Of a DNA stretch of 64,000 nt, positions 1-11,847 are shown in pieces. The notes beneath the pieces are model-generated. The model did not search any database, was not told the origin of the DNA, and saw nothing but the letters and a program-made list of their open reading frames with translations. Each line of letters begins with the position of its first letter. The stretch's first letter is position 1. The stretch covers positions 160,629-224,628 of the forward strand of contig BCKQ01000017.1 in the NCBI GenBank assembly GCA_001600695.1, read 5' to 3'. Both the position numbers and the translations under genes were made by a program. The DNA comes from Ascoidea asiatica JCM 7603 (lineage: Eukaryota > Fungi > Ascomycota).

Positions 1-95
1 ATATTTATATTTATATTTATATTTATATTTATATTTATATTTATATTTATATTTATATTTATATTTATATTTATATTTATATTTATATTTATATT
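1..95. repeat. (ATATTT)n hexamer microsatellite, running off the left edge
   Basis: Direct reading: about 15 near-perfect ATATTT units. Confidence 0.95.
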
Positions 96-269
96 AATAT
101 TTTTTCATACTTCTTCATATTCTTTAATTTCTATAATATTTTGAATGCCTTTATAAAATTATTTCAATATATACAGTATATATATATATTAATATATTTA
201 TTGATATATTTATATAATAATAATTTATTTTAATTTCTATTTACATTTATTATTATATATAATAATTGA

Positions 270-1241
270 TTATTCAGATGAATAATATGTTTTACGAATA
301 TCAATAACTTTTTTACCTCTTGCTAATGCAATTTCTTCTAAAGTTCTTTGTTTTGTTAAAGCTTCAACAACACCTTTTGCAATATTCATACCATTTCTAC
401 TTTTATAAATTTTACCACCTAAATCTTTTATACCTGCACATTGACAAATTTCAAAAATATAATGATTAACTCTTAAACCAAATCCAGCTGGAGCACTATT
501 TAAAAAAATCTTAACACCATGATATCTATAATCAATATCTCCAATAATTGTTCTATTTTCTAATCTTGGTATATATCTCATATTTTTAACTGCATTCCAA
601 TGTGCTTTAATAACTGCTCTTGACATTGCAGCTCTATCTTTACCTTCACCTAATCCAATCATACCATTTTCATCTCCAACAACTCCTAAACAATATTGTG
701 TTGGAATTTTTCCTTTCGAAGTTTGATTTGAAACTCTTCTCATTAATAATGGTTTAAAAGTTAATTTTTTAATATATTGATCTGAATATCCAGTAAGTTT
801 TGATAATTCTGTTGCAAGTTGTTCAATTCTTGAATTACCTGAATTATTTGATGATGATGATGAAGATGAAGTTTTCTCCGCAATTTCTTTTTCATTTAAA
901 TCTAATTCTGGTATATCAGGTTCATTTAAAGGTTGTAATGATTTTGAAAAATCATATTGTGGTTCAGTTGCTTTATCCCAATAACGATCAATTTTTGAAA
1001 GATCATCAAGATATGGGGGTGAAAATCCAGAAAATGATATTTTTTTATTTAACCAATCTTTTGAATCAATTTCATTTTCTGCTAATTTTATTGAATTTAA
1101 TAATTCTGGTGAATAATATTTTTTTAAAAATTCTATATGTTTAATTTTTGCAGCTTCTGTAAATTTAGATTTATTTGTTAAAAATCTTTTTTGTTGACCT
1201 ATTATAACAGGTTTAAATTCAATAGATATTCTATTAAACAT
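270..1241 (-). CDS. MRPS5: Mitochondrial small-subunit ribosomal protein uS5m
   Basis: S5 motifs [40 protein letters not shown]; basic N-terminal presequence. Confidence 0.93.
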   Translation of the reverse strand: MFNRISIEFKPVIIGQQKRFLTNKSKFTEAAKIKHIEFLKKYYSPELLNSIKLAENEIDSKDWLNKKISFSGFSPPYLDDLSKIDRYWDKATEPQYDFSKSLQPLNEPDIPELDLNEKEIAEKTSSSSSSSNNSGNSRIEQLATELSKLTGYSDQYIKKLTFKPLLMRRVSNQTSKGKIPTQYCLGVVGDENGMIGLGEGKDRAAMSRAVIKAHWNAVKNMRYIPRLENRTIIGDIDYRYHGVKIFLNSAPAGFGLRVNHYIFEICQCAGIKDLGGKIYKSRNGMNIAKGVVEALTKQRTLEEIALARGKKVIDIRKTYYSSE

Positions 1242-1436
1242 TTTAATAATAATGTTATACCAATATTATTTTATTATATTATTTATTTAATAATTATTTG
1301 ATATCTATTGAATATACTCTGTTAATTAATACTTTATTTTTCATTTTCAATCAATTCCACCCATTTGAAAAAAAAATAATATAATAATTTGTATGTAATG
1401 AATAATAATTGAATAGTTAAAGTAATAAAAAACCAG

Positions 1437-1444
1437 TTACCCGG
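1437..1444 (+). promoter_or_regulatory. Reb1-type site TTACCCGG upstream of MRPS5
   Basis: Exact match to the Reb1 consensus, about 200 bp upstream of the ATG. Confidence 0.55.
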
Positions 1445-1707
1445 GCTTAAACTACTGTAATGCACATTCAACTACTTCTTGTTACATCTTTACTATTATG
1501 CGACAACTTTTGATGAATTTTCTTTCAGAAATTTGAAAAGTTTGCTGAAGAATTGAATTTATTTTGAATCTAATGACAAAAATAATAAAATATAAGTTAA
1601 TTTAAATTTATCGAGATGAAAAAGAAATATAAGATAATGATAAAATTGAAGAAAGAAAGAAAGAATGAATGAATTAACGAAAGAATGAATGTGATAAGCT
1701 GCTTAAT

Positions 1708-1917
1708 TTAAATTAAAGCAAGAATTATTGCAGAACCAGATATTAAAAAAGTATTTAAATAACCAGAATTTTTATTTTTCAAAATTATAGCACCATTTAT
1801 TGAAGAATAAGAAGCAGAAGATGATGATGAGATTATTGAAGGAATTGCTATTGAAGATGAGTGATTCCAGCTTAAAACATTTTGATTTTGAATTTGAATT
1901 TGTTTAATTGATTGCAT
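1708..1917 (-). CDS. Possible 69-aa microprotein or remnant with a Ser-rich body and GPI-signal-like C terminus
   Basis: ATG in ACA context, TATATAAA just upstream; ends ...SSINGAIILKNKNSGYLNTFLISGSAIILALI; no N-terminal signal peptide. Confidence 0.3.
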   Translation of the reverse strand: MQSIKQIQIQNQNVLSWNHSSSIAIPSIISSSSSASYSSINGAIILKNKNSGYLNTFLISGSAIILALI

Positions 1918-2716
1918 TGTATTAAAATTCTTTATATATGAACTGATTATTATAAAATGATTTTATTTTAATATCATAAGATAAATTACTTGAATATAAT
2001 TGAGATTATAAATTAGTAAACAAGATATAAATATTTAGTAAATTAAATAAATTCAAAATTATTTCTTGAGTTTATCAATATTTAAATGAATTTATTTGTA
2101 CGATAAAACAAGTACTGTACAGTATGAGAAAATTAATAAAGTAATATAAAATTATTATTTAACTCTTTAAAATACTCGAGTAATGAATCTGAGAACCTTT
2201 GTTTCCAATTCAAAAATGAGCTAACAGTTTTCAATAATAATTCTTATCTTTTTATTGTATTCAACGGTACTGTACTAAAATTTATAATTATCTTAATAAA
2301 GTATTTTTAAATTGTCTACAAAAAAAAATATTCCTAAAAGGATATAAAATGAAGAATGCAAAATATTCATTTTACCAAATCTTCAATGAATTACAATCAA
2401 CTTATCATTAGTTTCTCAGTAATTTATCGTTAGTTTATCAGTTCACTGACTTTCTTTTTTTTTTGAACCCTAAGAATAATTGCTGTCTCTTGAAAGATTC
2501 TAATACTTGTTACATTTCCAGAGAATGAAAATGAAAATGAAAATGAAAATGAAAACGATAAACATACAATTATCAGTACTTCTGGAAATTGCACAACCAG
2601 AAAAAACAAAACAATACTAAAAAGATCACTTATGTGAATTCTGGAGTCAATTAAGAATAAAAAGCTCGCTTTCTACTGTGGAGCTCCTTCTTGCACTTCT
2701 TCCACAGCTTGTGCCA

Positions 2717-2752
2717 CTTCTGCTGCTTCTGCTGCTTCTGCTGCTTCTGCTT
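2717..2752 (+). repeat. (CTTCTGCTG)n tandem repeat in the GC-enriched promoter of the Zn-cluster gene
   Basis: Direct reading: about 4 units. Confidence 0.85.
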
Positions 2753-3611
2753 CTTTTCTTTGCTTTTGTGGTTTACAGAAAACCCACAGATCTGGTTTCA
2801 AAGCATGTATTATCATGCATTACTAATTTGTCCCATGCACTCTGTCGTGTGTACACAAAATCTAAAATAAACCACTCATATGGGTCTTATTTTAGAGACC
2901 AGTTTCACGGTACCACATTTTTTTTATTGTCCGGAGGACCGTGGCACCGGCTAATGGCCACTGCTTTTCCGGCCTTTCCACCCACGAAATGAAAACATCG
3001 ATACACTGTCAGTTCAGGGTGCTTTGTAGAGAGACCTATTACACTCCATATATTAGAAATCATCGAAGCTATTACAAACAATATAAGAAACAATCAGAAA
3101 TAATATATTTCAAAAACAATCTATCATATCAGAAACATTATTTCATATTAGAAACATTTAAGCCTTCGAAAGAAACTACTCTCAGAAATTGTCATTGGAA
3201 ATCATAAGTTATCCATATCCATATCCATATTCCTCTACTCTTGCTCTTTCTTACTTTTTTTATTTCATTACTGATCACTGATCAATATTCCCATAAATTG
3301 TGATCTACCAAGATTTCGTAATGTTAAACAAAAGTACCCCAGGATTCCACCCTCATTTTATATTTTAGTATAATATTTATTACTATCCATAATTCAATTC
3401 TTTTTTTTTTTCAGAATCATATTCTATTCAAAATCAAAACTTTTCTGACTATATTCTATCATATTCAATTCTATTATATTCCATTATATTTTATTCAACT
3501 CTTTTCAACTTTATTTATACTTTATTGAAAATCTATTAAAAGAAAAAAACCTTATTCAATTTCAATATTGTAACTGATATACTTTATTATACTTTATAAA
3601 TTTCTTTTAGT

Positions 3612-5135
3612 ATGACTCCAAAGTCATCTAAAAAACATCAAATCATTCCAAGTTTAATTCCTGAAAATTCTTTGACTTCTAAAATTCATCAAAAACTTAA
3701 AGATTCAGACCAAAGAATTATTGAAACTACAAAAAAAATTATTAATAAAAATCAATTAAATAACCAATCAAAAAATCAAATTCAAAAAAATTCAATAAGA
3801 CCAACAAAAAGAAGAAAAACTGTACCTGATAATCAAAGAAAAAGAGCTTTATTTAGTTGTGATAGATGTAAAAAAAAAAAAACAAAATGTAATAGAATAA
3901 TTTTAAAATCAAATGGTAAAAAAGATATTTATTATGATAATAAAACTCCATGTTTAAATTGTCAAAATGCAAATCAAAATTGTGTTACTACAATCCCAAG
4001 AAAAAGAAGAGTTTATGGTAATATTCAAAATCTTGGTTTACATTATGAAATTTTAATTTGTTTAATTTCTGGTTTATTTCCTGATATTGATGTTAATAAT
4101 ATAACTCAATTAAAAAAATTAGGTAAAAATTTCGATTTAGAAATGCCTGATCCAATTATTGATTATAAAGATAATGATAATGAAAATGATATTAATAATA
4201 ATAATAATATTAATAATGACATTGATATTAACAATGATAATGATAATAACAACAATAATAATAATAATAATAATAATAATGACGATGATGATTCAAAAGA
4301 TTTGACAATTTCAATATTAAGTAATAAATTATTTGAAGTTTTAAAAAATAATGGTATAAGAGCAAAAGCTTTTGATAAAGTAAAAGTTATAGGAGGTGAA
4401 TTAGATCCTTCAACTCTCTCAAATGAAAATGATCAATCAATTTCATCAGATACTAAAATCAATAATAAAATTGATAAAAATGATAATGATATTAAAACTA
4501 ATAATGATAATTCAAATGACAATTCAAAGTCCAATGTAAATAAAAATAATGACAATAAAATCAATGATAATAATAATATTCCAAACCAAAGTAATAATGA
4601 TGAAAACTTCACTGATTCAAATTTCATTATAGCAAAATCAAAAATAAATAACACTGAAGATTATGGAGTTGAAAGAATTGTTTATGATATTCAAGGTAGA
4701 CCACATTATATCGGTTCTGCAGGTTCTCCAGCTTTATTAAATGGTTTAAGTAATTTAATAATTAAAAACAAATGTTCAAAATCTTTAAAAATTTCTAAAC
4801 CTTCATCAAAACCATCAAAATTATTAAAATCCTTAAAATCTTCATCTTTAGAAGAATTTGTTACAACTAATTTCAATTCTTATCCTTCCGAAAAATTAAA
4901 TCAAGTTAGTGATAAAAATTTAAAAAATTTAACTTCAATTAAATCAAAAAAATTATTAGAAAAATTTCCTTTAATTAATTCTTTAAATAAAAATGAATCT
5001 GATTTTTATGTTAAAGTATTTTTTCAACGAATTCATCCATATTTTTATGTATTTGGTAATTCAATATTTAAAGAAAGATATTATCAATTTTGGGATGAAA
5101 TTGAATCAAGTTTTTCAAAAAAATTTCTCTTTTTA

Positions 5136-5169
<34 letters not shown>

Positions 5170-7667
5170 GCAATTATTCAACAAGTAATCCAAACATTAA
5201 CTTAAATATCAACTCACAAAATAAATCAGAAAATAAACCAGAAAATAACTTATCAAATGGCTGGATTGGTTGTATATATATGGTTTGGATTTTAGGTAGA
5301 AGATTTGTTAAATATCCAAATGGTGATCTAGATGATAATTTAGTTAATAAATATTTAGATTCAATTAAATATTTATTACCTGAAATTGTATTAACTCCAA
5401 CGGTAGTTGGAATTAGATTACTTTATTTATATTCTGTTTATTTATATTCAATTAAAAATAGAGATTCTTCTTGGATCTTAATTGGTTTAGCTTTACGTCA
5501 ATCTTTATCTTTAGGAATTCATAGAAAATCTGGTATAAGTTTATATTCAAAAAAAGCTGCAATTATTAGAAAACAATTATGGTGGTCAGTTTATAAATTT
5601 GAAATGGTTTTATGTTCAAATTTTGGTAGAACAACTTCTGTAAATGAAGAGGAAATTAATATTGATTATCCTAATGATATGTCAGTTGTTGAAGGTGATC
5701 CAATATTAACTAAAACTTATGTTCAAAGTGTAAAATTATCAAGAATATTTAATTCAATTTTAAATTCAAGAAAATTATTATATACTGGAGCTTCTATTGA
5801 TTCATCTTCACCTTTAACATTACCAAATGTTGAAAGAACTTTAAAAATTAGAAAAAATCTTTTAAGTTTTATGAGAGATTTAATACCATTAAAACTTAAT
5901 ATTCAAAATATTCTAAAAGATATTAAAACTTTAATATTAAATGGTTATAATATAAATTCAGATTTTCATGAATTCACTGAAAAGGATGATTTAATAATGG
6001 TTAATTTAAGATTTCAAATTAAATTGCATTTACAATATCATTTATATGTTTTAAATTTAACTTTACCATTTATTCTATATATTGTAAATATAACAATTTC
6101 ACAATCAATTACAATTAAAGAATTTGATGATCCAATAAAATTAATAATTAAAAGTGGTATAAAATCTTCAATTTTAATGTCAGAATTACTTGATATTTTA
6201 AATAAACTTAATCAAATTGATGCAACAGTATATTTTGATGTATTTTATGGTTATAATGGTATTATGGCTTTAATACCAATTTTTATATATTTATCATCAA
6301 ATAATATAATTAAAAAAGATAAAAATGAAAAAGGAATTCCAAAATATCATAATACAATATCAATTGAAGGTAAAGAAATTGATAAAAAATTAATTTTAGA
6401 ATGTATTAAAAAAATAAGAGGCGCAATGAAAAACAAGTATGCAAAAACTGATGGAACTATGAAAAGAAGTTATGAAGTCTGTGAAACATTATTAAAAGAT
6501 CTTGGACTTCTTAATATTCTTGATAGATCAGTAAAATCAGATACAAATAGACCATTAAATCTTGAATTATCATTTAAAGCAGATGGATATGAATATAATG
6601 GAAGTTCTGATATTGATGAAAAAATCAAAAAAATTAAAAAACGATGGCAAGCAAGAATTAATGGAAATAATTTTTTATCAAGTTCATTAATCACAAAACC
6701 TGAAATAATTTCAAAAAGTTTATCAACTCCTCCTATAGTTGATTCTTCAATAATTGATGTAAAAAACAAAGAAAACAAAACTGCAAGTGAACATTTTTTA
6801 AATTCAAAAGAAGATAAGTTTACTTATAATGCAGCTGAACGAGAAAGTAAAATTTTCTTCAATAATTATCATGAAAGTGCCGAAAGGCTAACAGATGTTT
6901 ATTCTTCAAGTCTCAATCAACCATCCCGAAACTCGGTATTTCCTTACGGGAATAATAATCAAGAAAATAATCAAGGATCCTCAATTTATCAGCAAAATGC
7001 TTCATTTCCTTTAAATAATAGTAAAAATCTGACATCAGATTATCGTACTCCAATGAATAGTGAAATAAGAAGTAATTTTTCAGAAACAAGTGAAATAAGT
7101 ACAGAACCAGAAGTAATTCTTAATCATGAGATGATTGATTCTTTTTTTCAAGTTGCAAGTAATACCCTCAATTTCAATAACCCTTTTTATCCAAATAGAG
7201 GTCCAGATAATTCTCAAATGGCCAATAATGCTCCTTCTTGTTCTAATGATACTTCTACAAATATCTGCAATAATAACAATCATAATAATAATAGTTGTAA
7301 TAATGGGAATGGGAATGTTATAAATAATTGCGATAATTGTAATATGAATAATAATATTTCTACTGGCCCTAACAACGGTAATAACAATCTATTTGCAAAC
7401 GACTATTTATCTGAATCGTCAAATTATAACATATTTTATCAAAACAGCTATCAAAATAGTAATCAAATTGACAATCAAATTGAAAATCAAAATATTAATC
7501 AAAGCAACCTTCAAAACAATACTCAAAACAATGTTCAAAACACTACTACTCGACAAAACAATTATATGGATGAAAACTTAAGAAAAGTGATGGCACAAAG
7601 CAACGACTTGTTCAAGTACGTGGACATTGAAGATTTGCAAGACCTTTTTGATTCTAAAATACTATAA
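3612..7667 (+). CDS. Zn(II)2Cys6 fungal transcription factor with middle homology region
   Basis: CX2CX6CX20CX2CX6C; MHR-type motif LALRQSLSLGIHR...RKQLWWSVY..E...S..FGR; acidic-hydrophobic C terminus; poly-Asn tracts. Confidence 0.92.
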
Positions 7668-7785
7668 CTTGCATAGCTCTTCCAATTAATTCTGTTATCA
7701 TCCTGTATTATTTTCTAAATATTTTATATCATCAACTGTATTATTTATTATATTTCGTTGTTTGCTTTCCAATTGAGTTTTTTCA

Positions 7786-7940
7786 GGGTCCGAAAAGAGC
7801 CGGCGCCAGGCCTTATTTTTTTCCGCTGGGTCTGGGCCGGTGAAAATGACCTTTTTGGAGCCCTACTTTTTTGGGTGGTAAAATTTCATTTTCCTTTCCA
7901 GAGGACAAATTGCAAAGAAACATGAAAAAAGAATATAAAA
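7786..7940 (+). promoter_or_regulatory. GC-rich promoter of the snoRNA host unit (Tbf1-like AGCCCTA, RRPE-like element, TATAAAA)
   Basis: GC island between two convergent CDSs, so it serves neither; AGCCCTA about 7859-7865; TATAAAA about 7934; lies just upstream of the intron. Confidence 0.55.
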
Positions 7941-8054
7941 GAATAAAAGAAACTTGAAAAGAATATGAAAAAATATTAGATCAAAAATAAGAATATTCAA
8001 GAAGAAAGATTTATATTTAAATGATTTTGGCTTTACCACTTTTCTAATCAAAAG

Positions 8055-8301
8055 GTATGTATTGAAGCTATTAAAAGGAATGAGATGAATTGAAATGTTA
8101 TGAAATGAATGAAAACTCAAATGATTAAAACTTCTGTCAATCCACTGAATTAATTTTGTCAAATATTTAATTAGCAATATGTCGAACTTGTGTCGTATGA
8201 TTTTGTTTTCATTCAATCATTTATAAATCATCTTCAATCTCAAATTTAAGATTATTTCAAGAAATACTTAAAGGACCATAGTTTACTAACTTTCTTTTTA
8301 G
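8055..8301 (+). other. Spliceosomal intron of a non-coding snoRNA host transcript
   Basis: AAG|GTATGT at 8055, TACTAAC at 8284-8290, pyrimidine tract, TAG at 8299-8301; nearby upstream ATGs (7922, 7965, 8021) stop before the donor. Confidence 0.88.
8107..8214 (+). ncRNA. Intronic box C/D snoRNA guiding 18S 2'-O-methylation at GGAU*UGACAGA (human U1288, S. cerevisiae U1231 equivalent; SNORD110/snoR14-like)
   Basis: 10-bp external stem GAATGAAAAC/GTTTTCATTC; box C ATGATTA 8121-8127; guide TCTGTCAATCC 8133-8143; D' CTGA 8145-8148; C' ATGTCGA 8179-8185; D ATGA 8197-8200; second antisense TTGTGTC to the adjacent 18S GACACAA. Confidence 0.85.
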
Positions 8302-8534
8302 TTTTTCAAGTATTCATAAAACTATATACTTTCTTTTAATAAATATCTTTTTTTTTTAAATTTTCAAAAAATCATATTTTCTTACACTAAATTTGATTAA
8401 ATTATGCTGTAGTTAAATTCTTTACTTTATTTTTCTTTTTTTTTTTTTTTTTTTTCTATTTACAGTTCTATATATATATAAATGACTTTCATTCCTGCAA
8501 AAGGATACTAAAAACTATTGAAAATGCTAAAAAA

Positions 8535-11243
8535 CTAAGATACATTCCCTTTGAAAAAACTCCAATTTTTCCATTCTTCATTTGATTCTTTAAACTGTTT
8601 CTCTTTCATTTCTTTTGAGATTCTCTCTGATCTTTTCTTAAACCAATTTTTTAAGTCTGAGCTTGGGTTTTCTTTAAAATTATATTTTTGATCCACTAAT
8701 TTATCAATTAATTTATTATAATTAACTTTATATGAATCTTCAATTATCTTTATAATTGAAAATTGCTTAAGATCATATGATGCTTTGAAAAAATTAATCA
8801 ATAAATCAATTTCTATTGATTTTTTATTTTTACTTTTTTTACAAAATTCTTCTAAAACTTCATCACTAATAATATCTTCAATTGAGAAATAATTTTTGTA
8901 AATCTCATTGAATTTTTTAAAGTTATTTTTATAACAATTATTTAAAAAATTAATTTTTTCATTATATAAATTCATCAAATATAATTTTTCATATATATTA
9001 AATATCCATTTTAATCTTAATATATCTTTTTTTATCAAACAAAATTCAACTATTAAATTTATAAGTTTATAATTAAATATTAATTTTAATTCTTCAAAAT
9101 TTTTGAAATTATAAATTGATTTAAATCTTACTGGAATAATATTAAATTCATTTCTTAGGAAAATCCTTAGTTGTTTTTTATTATTTGAAGGATTTTCAAC
9201 AATTATTGAATTGAATATAACTTTATTTAATAATAAATTAAATGTATTAAACTCTTTAAAGATTAAACAAGTATAAAGTAATTCATTTATACACTCACTT
9301 GAAGTTGTAAATAATGATGATCCTTTCCTTTTAAATTTTTTCCTAAATTCTTTTAATAAAATTTTATTACCTCCATAATTAGAATTTCGTACAATTAGTC
9401 TTAAATTGTTTAAATTTTTATTATAAAAAAATAAATTTACTAATTTATGCTGATATTTCTTTCTTGAATTTGAAATATGAATAATTCTGTATGGTTTATT
9501 TGTTAATTTATTTCTAAAAATTATTTTTCTGAATTTGTTGCTTTTTCTTCTTCTTTTTAATAGTAATCTATCTTTATTCATTCCCATAAATTTAACTACG
9601 GATTCTCTAGGAGCTATCACTTGTCTTTCAGAAAAGATATTTGTATTGGACACATTTTCTAAATTTTTCTTAACAGGTTTTGATATTAAATTAATGTCAG
9701 TTGATGATAAAGGAATGAATTCATAAACAAAAATTTTCAAATCTTCTTGATTAATTTTTGTTATTTTTTTTGTAAGATTTATCTCTTTAATTTTTTCCTG
9801 ATTATAAGATTTAGAATAAGATAAATCTCTGGAAGGTAAATTTCTGTAAAAATTTTGATAATCAAAATTATTTGATTTTTTTTGAAATTTTAACAATTTA
9901 ATTAATTTCAAAAAAATTTTTTTATTTTTTGACTGATAAGAAAATTTAATTAAATTTCTAAAGGTATCATGATTTGAGTTTGGAAGTAAAATCAAACTTT
10001 TTGGATTATTTTTGAATAATAGTAAACTTGAAATTATATATAAATAATTATTAAAATTTATATTATAATTTATATTCGGATTTTCATTTAAATTCAACGA
10101 ATTCAAATTTATTAATTTTTTAAAAATATTTAAACATAAATCATTTGTTATTTTGAAATCATTCAATAAAGAAGATTTAATTAAAAGCTTTGAAATATTT
10201 ATAATTAAATCTTCTTTAATTTTATTAGATTTGAAATTTTTAATGATCTGGTTTAATTCACTATCAAATGGCTTTATTAATTCTTCAAAACTATCAATAT
10301 CTATCAATTTATTTGAATTCTTTGATTCGAATAAAGAATTTTCAACCATTTTAAAACTTTTATGTTCATAAATATTATTCTCATTATTGATATTGTTATT
10401 AATATGTGATAAAGAATTCATGATTGAATTATTAAATGAATTATTTGAATCATAATAAACATATTTTGAAGAGGTTAAATTTTTATATAAAAGCTGTTTG
10501 AAATTTGAATTTATATTGAATAGAATTGAATTTAGAGTTAGTTTCTGTTTAGATAAATCTGATAAATAATTTGGGTAAATAATTTGAAGAAATTTTTTCA
10601 AAGGACTCAATTGTAAATCTGATAATTTAATATCATAATTACTTAAGTTTTTTATAAGTTTATGATTTTTCCCTTTTCTATTCTTAAATTTTAAGTTATT
10701 GTAACTTTTATTATTATCATCATTGAATTGATTATTCATGGAGTTTTTGATATAAGTTTCGAATATTAAAATGGATAAAAATTGGCTCAAAATATAATTA
10801 GATAAATTTTGAGTTGAACTTAAACTAACTATTGAATTCTTTTCAGAACTCTTTGAAGATAAGTGAGTATTGAATATATCTTCATCAATAAAATCCTCAA
10901 TTGATTCTTTCTTAGATTCATTATTGAAATCAGATAAATCAGATTTATTGTTAAAATATAATTCTAAAGGCAAATCATCTAGCCACCTAATGTAATTGGA
11001 CAAGTTCTTCTTATTTTTATGATTTGATTCCAATTCCAATTGCAATTTTAATAATAATATGTCATCACTGTTTCTTTTCTCTAGTTTGTTTATACTTTTT
11101 ATATTGTTTGAATTGGATTTTATATCGAAAGTTGTCAGAATTGTGGAACATGAAATTGATCTGGATATTAGAAGACATGTTGAACTAGAATGATTAATCT
11201 TTATTCTAGACAACATACTCATCATCATCATCATCATCATCAT
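8535..11243 (-). CDS. Uncharacterised 902-aa protein, probably mitochondrial
   Basis: Long ORF; Arg/Ser-rich, acid-free N terminus; Puf3 motif TGTAAATA in the 3' UTR; start ambiguous within an (ATG)n run. Confidence 0.75.
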   Translation of the reverse strand: MMMMMMMMSMLSRIKINHSSSTCLLISRSISCSTILTTFDIKSNSNNIKSINKLEKRNSDDILLLKLQLELESNHKNKKNLSNYIRWLDDLPLELYFNNKSDLSDFNNESKKESIEDFIDEDIFNTHLSSKSSEKNSIVSLSSTQNLSNYILSQFLSILIFETYIKNSMNNQFNDDNNKSYNNLKFKNRKGKNHKLIKNLSNYDIKLSDLQLSPLKKFLQIIYPNYLSDLSKQKLTLNSILFNINSNFKQLLYKNLTSSKYVYYDSNNSFNNSIMNSLSHINNNINNENNIYEHKSFKMVENSLFESKNSNKLIDIDSFEELIKPFDSELNQIIKNFKSNKIKEDLIINISKLLIKSSLLNDFKITNDLCLNIFKKLINLNSLNLNENPNINYNINFNNYLYIISSLLLFKNNPKSLILLPNSNHDTFRNLIKFSYQSKNKKIFLKLIKLLKFQKKSNNFDYQNFYRNLPSRDLSYSKSYNQEKIKEINLTKKITKINQEDLKIFVYEFIPLSSTDINLISKPVKKNLENVSNTNIFSERQVIAPRESVVKFMGMNKDRLLLKRRRKSNKFRKIIFRNKLTNKPYRIIHISNSRKKYQHKLVNLFFYNKNLNNLRLIVRNSNYGGNKILLKEFRKKFKRKGSSLFTTSSECINELLYTCLIFKEFNTFNLLLNKVIFNSIIVENPSNNKKQLRIFLRNEFNIIPVRFKSIYNFKNFEELKLIFNYKLINLIVEFCLIKKDILRLKWIFNIYEKLYLMNLYNEKINFLNNCYKNNFKKFNEIYKNYFSIEDIISDEVLEEFCKKSKNKKSIEIDLLINFFKASYDLKQFSIIKIIEDSYKVNYNKLIDKLVDQKYNFKENPSSDLKNWFKKRSERISKEMKEKQFKESNEEWKNWSFFKGNVS

Positions 11244-11599
11244 CTACTTCCTCTTTTCTTCGAAGAGAGACCCTGGTAGTGCTTTGTATTCTTATCGTAT
11301 CCTCATCCTTTGATGAATCAATGAAGTCTTCAATCAGTTTAAACCAGAATCAACTAAAAATATTTCACTAGATCAGTCTGATTCCAAAATATTTCAGTTT
11401 CTTTTGAGAAATCTCCAGTTATTCATTATTCAAATTAAATCTCCTCACAATTTCAATATCGCGAGCAAAACTACGACCAATGCGCTTTACGTAATCAGCG
11501 CTGTGCGTAGATAAGGACTACCAAATACACTGCTTTTTAGTGGCACATAATATATTAGAGACCTTACTATTGGCAATTATTACATAATCATTTTTTCGG

Positions 11600-11608
11600 A
11601 TGACTGAT
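11600..11608 (+). promoter_or_regulatory. Gcn4-like site ATGACTGAT upstream of TRP2
   Basis: One mismatch to ATGACTCAT; TRP2 is a classical Gcn4 target. Confidence 0.6.
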
Positions 11609-11619
11609 TCTATTTGTTT

Positions 11620-11664
11620 CACATATTTCACATATTTCACATATTGCACATATTGCACATATTT
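11620..11664 (+). repeat. 9-bp tandem repeat CACATATT(T/G) x5
   Basis: Direct reading. Confidence 0.9.
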
Positions 11665-11847
11665 GATATTTCACAATTAGTAAATAAATGAAATATTAGA
11701 TTCAATAATCAATAATCAATAATTGAAACTTTTATTCATTCAAGTCATTTTATTTTATTTTCTTAAAAATTAGGTATATTTTTTTTTCTACTCAATTTTA
11801 ATAAATAACTTTTTTCTTTCGAGATTTCCATTTACTGTCTAACTACA

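Noticed and set aside
2678-3207. ORFs of 104, 62 and 88 aa in the promoter island
   Set aside because: Non-ATG starts; the poly-Leu comes from the CTGCTT repeat.
7863-8216. 117-aa minus-strand ORF
   Set aside because: TTG start, low complexity, antisense to the snoRNA host intron.
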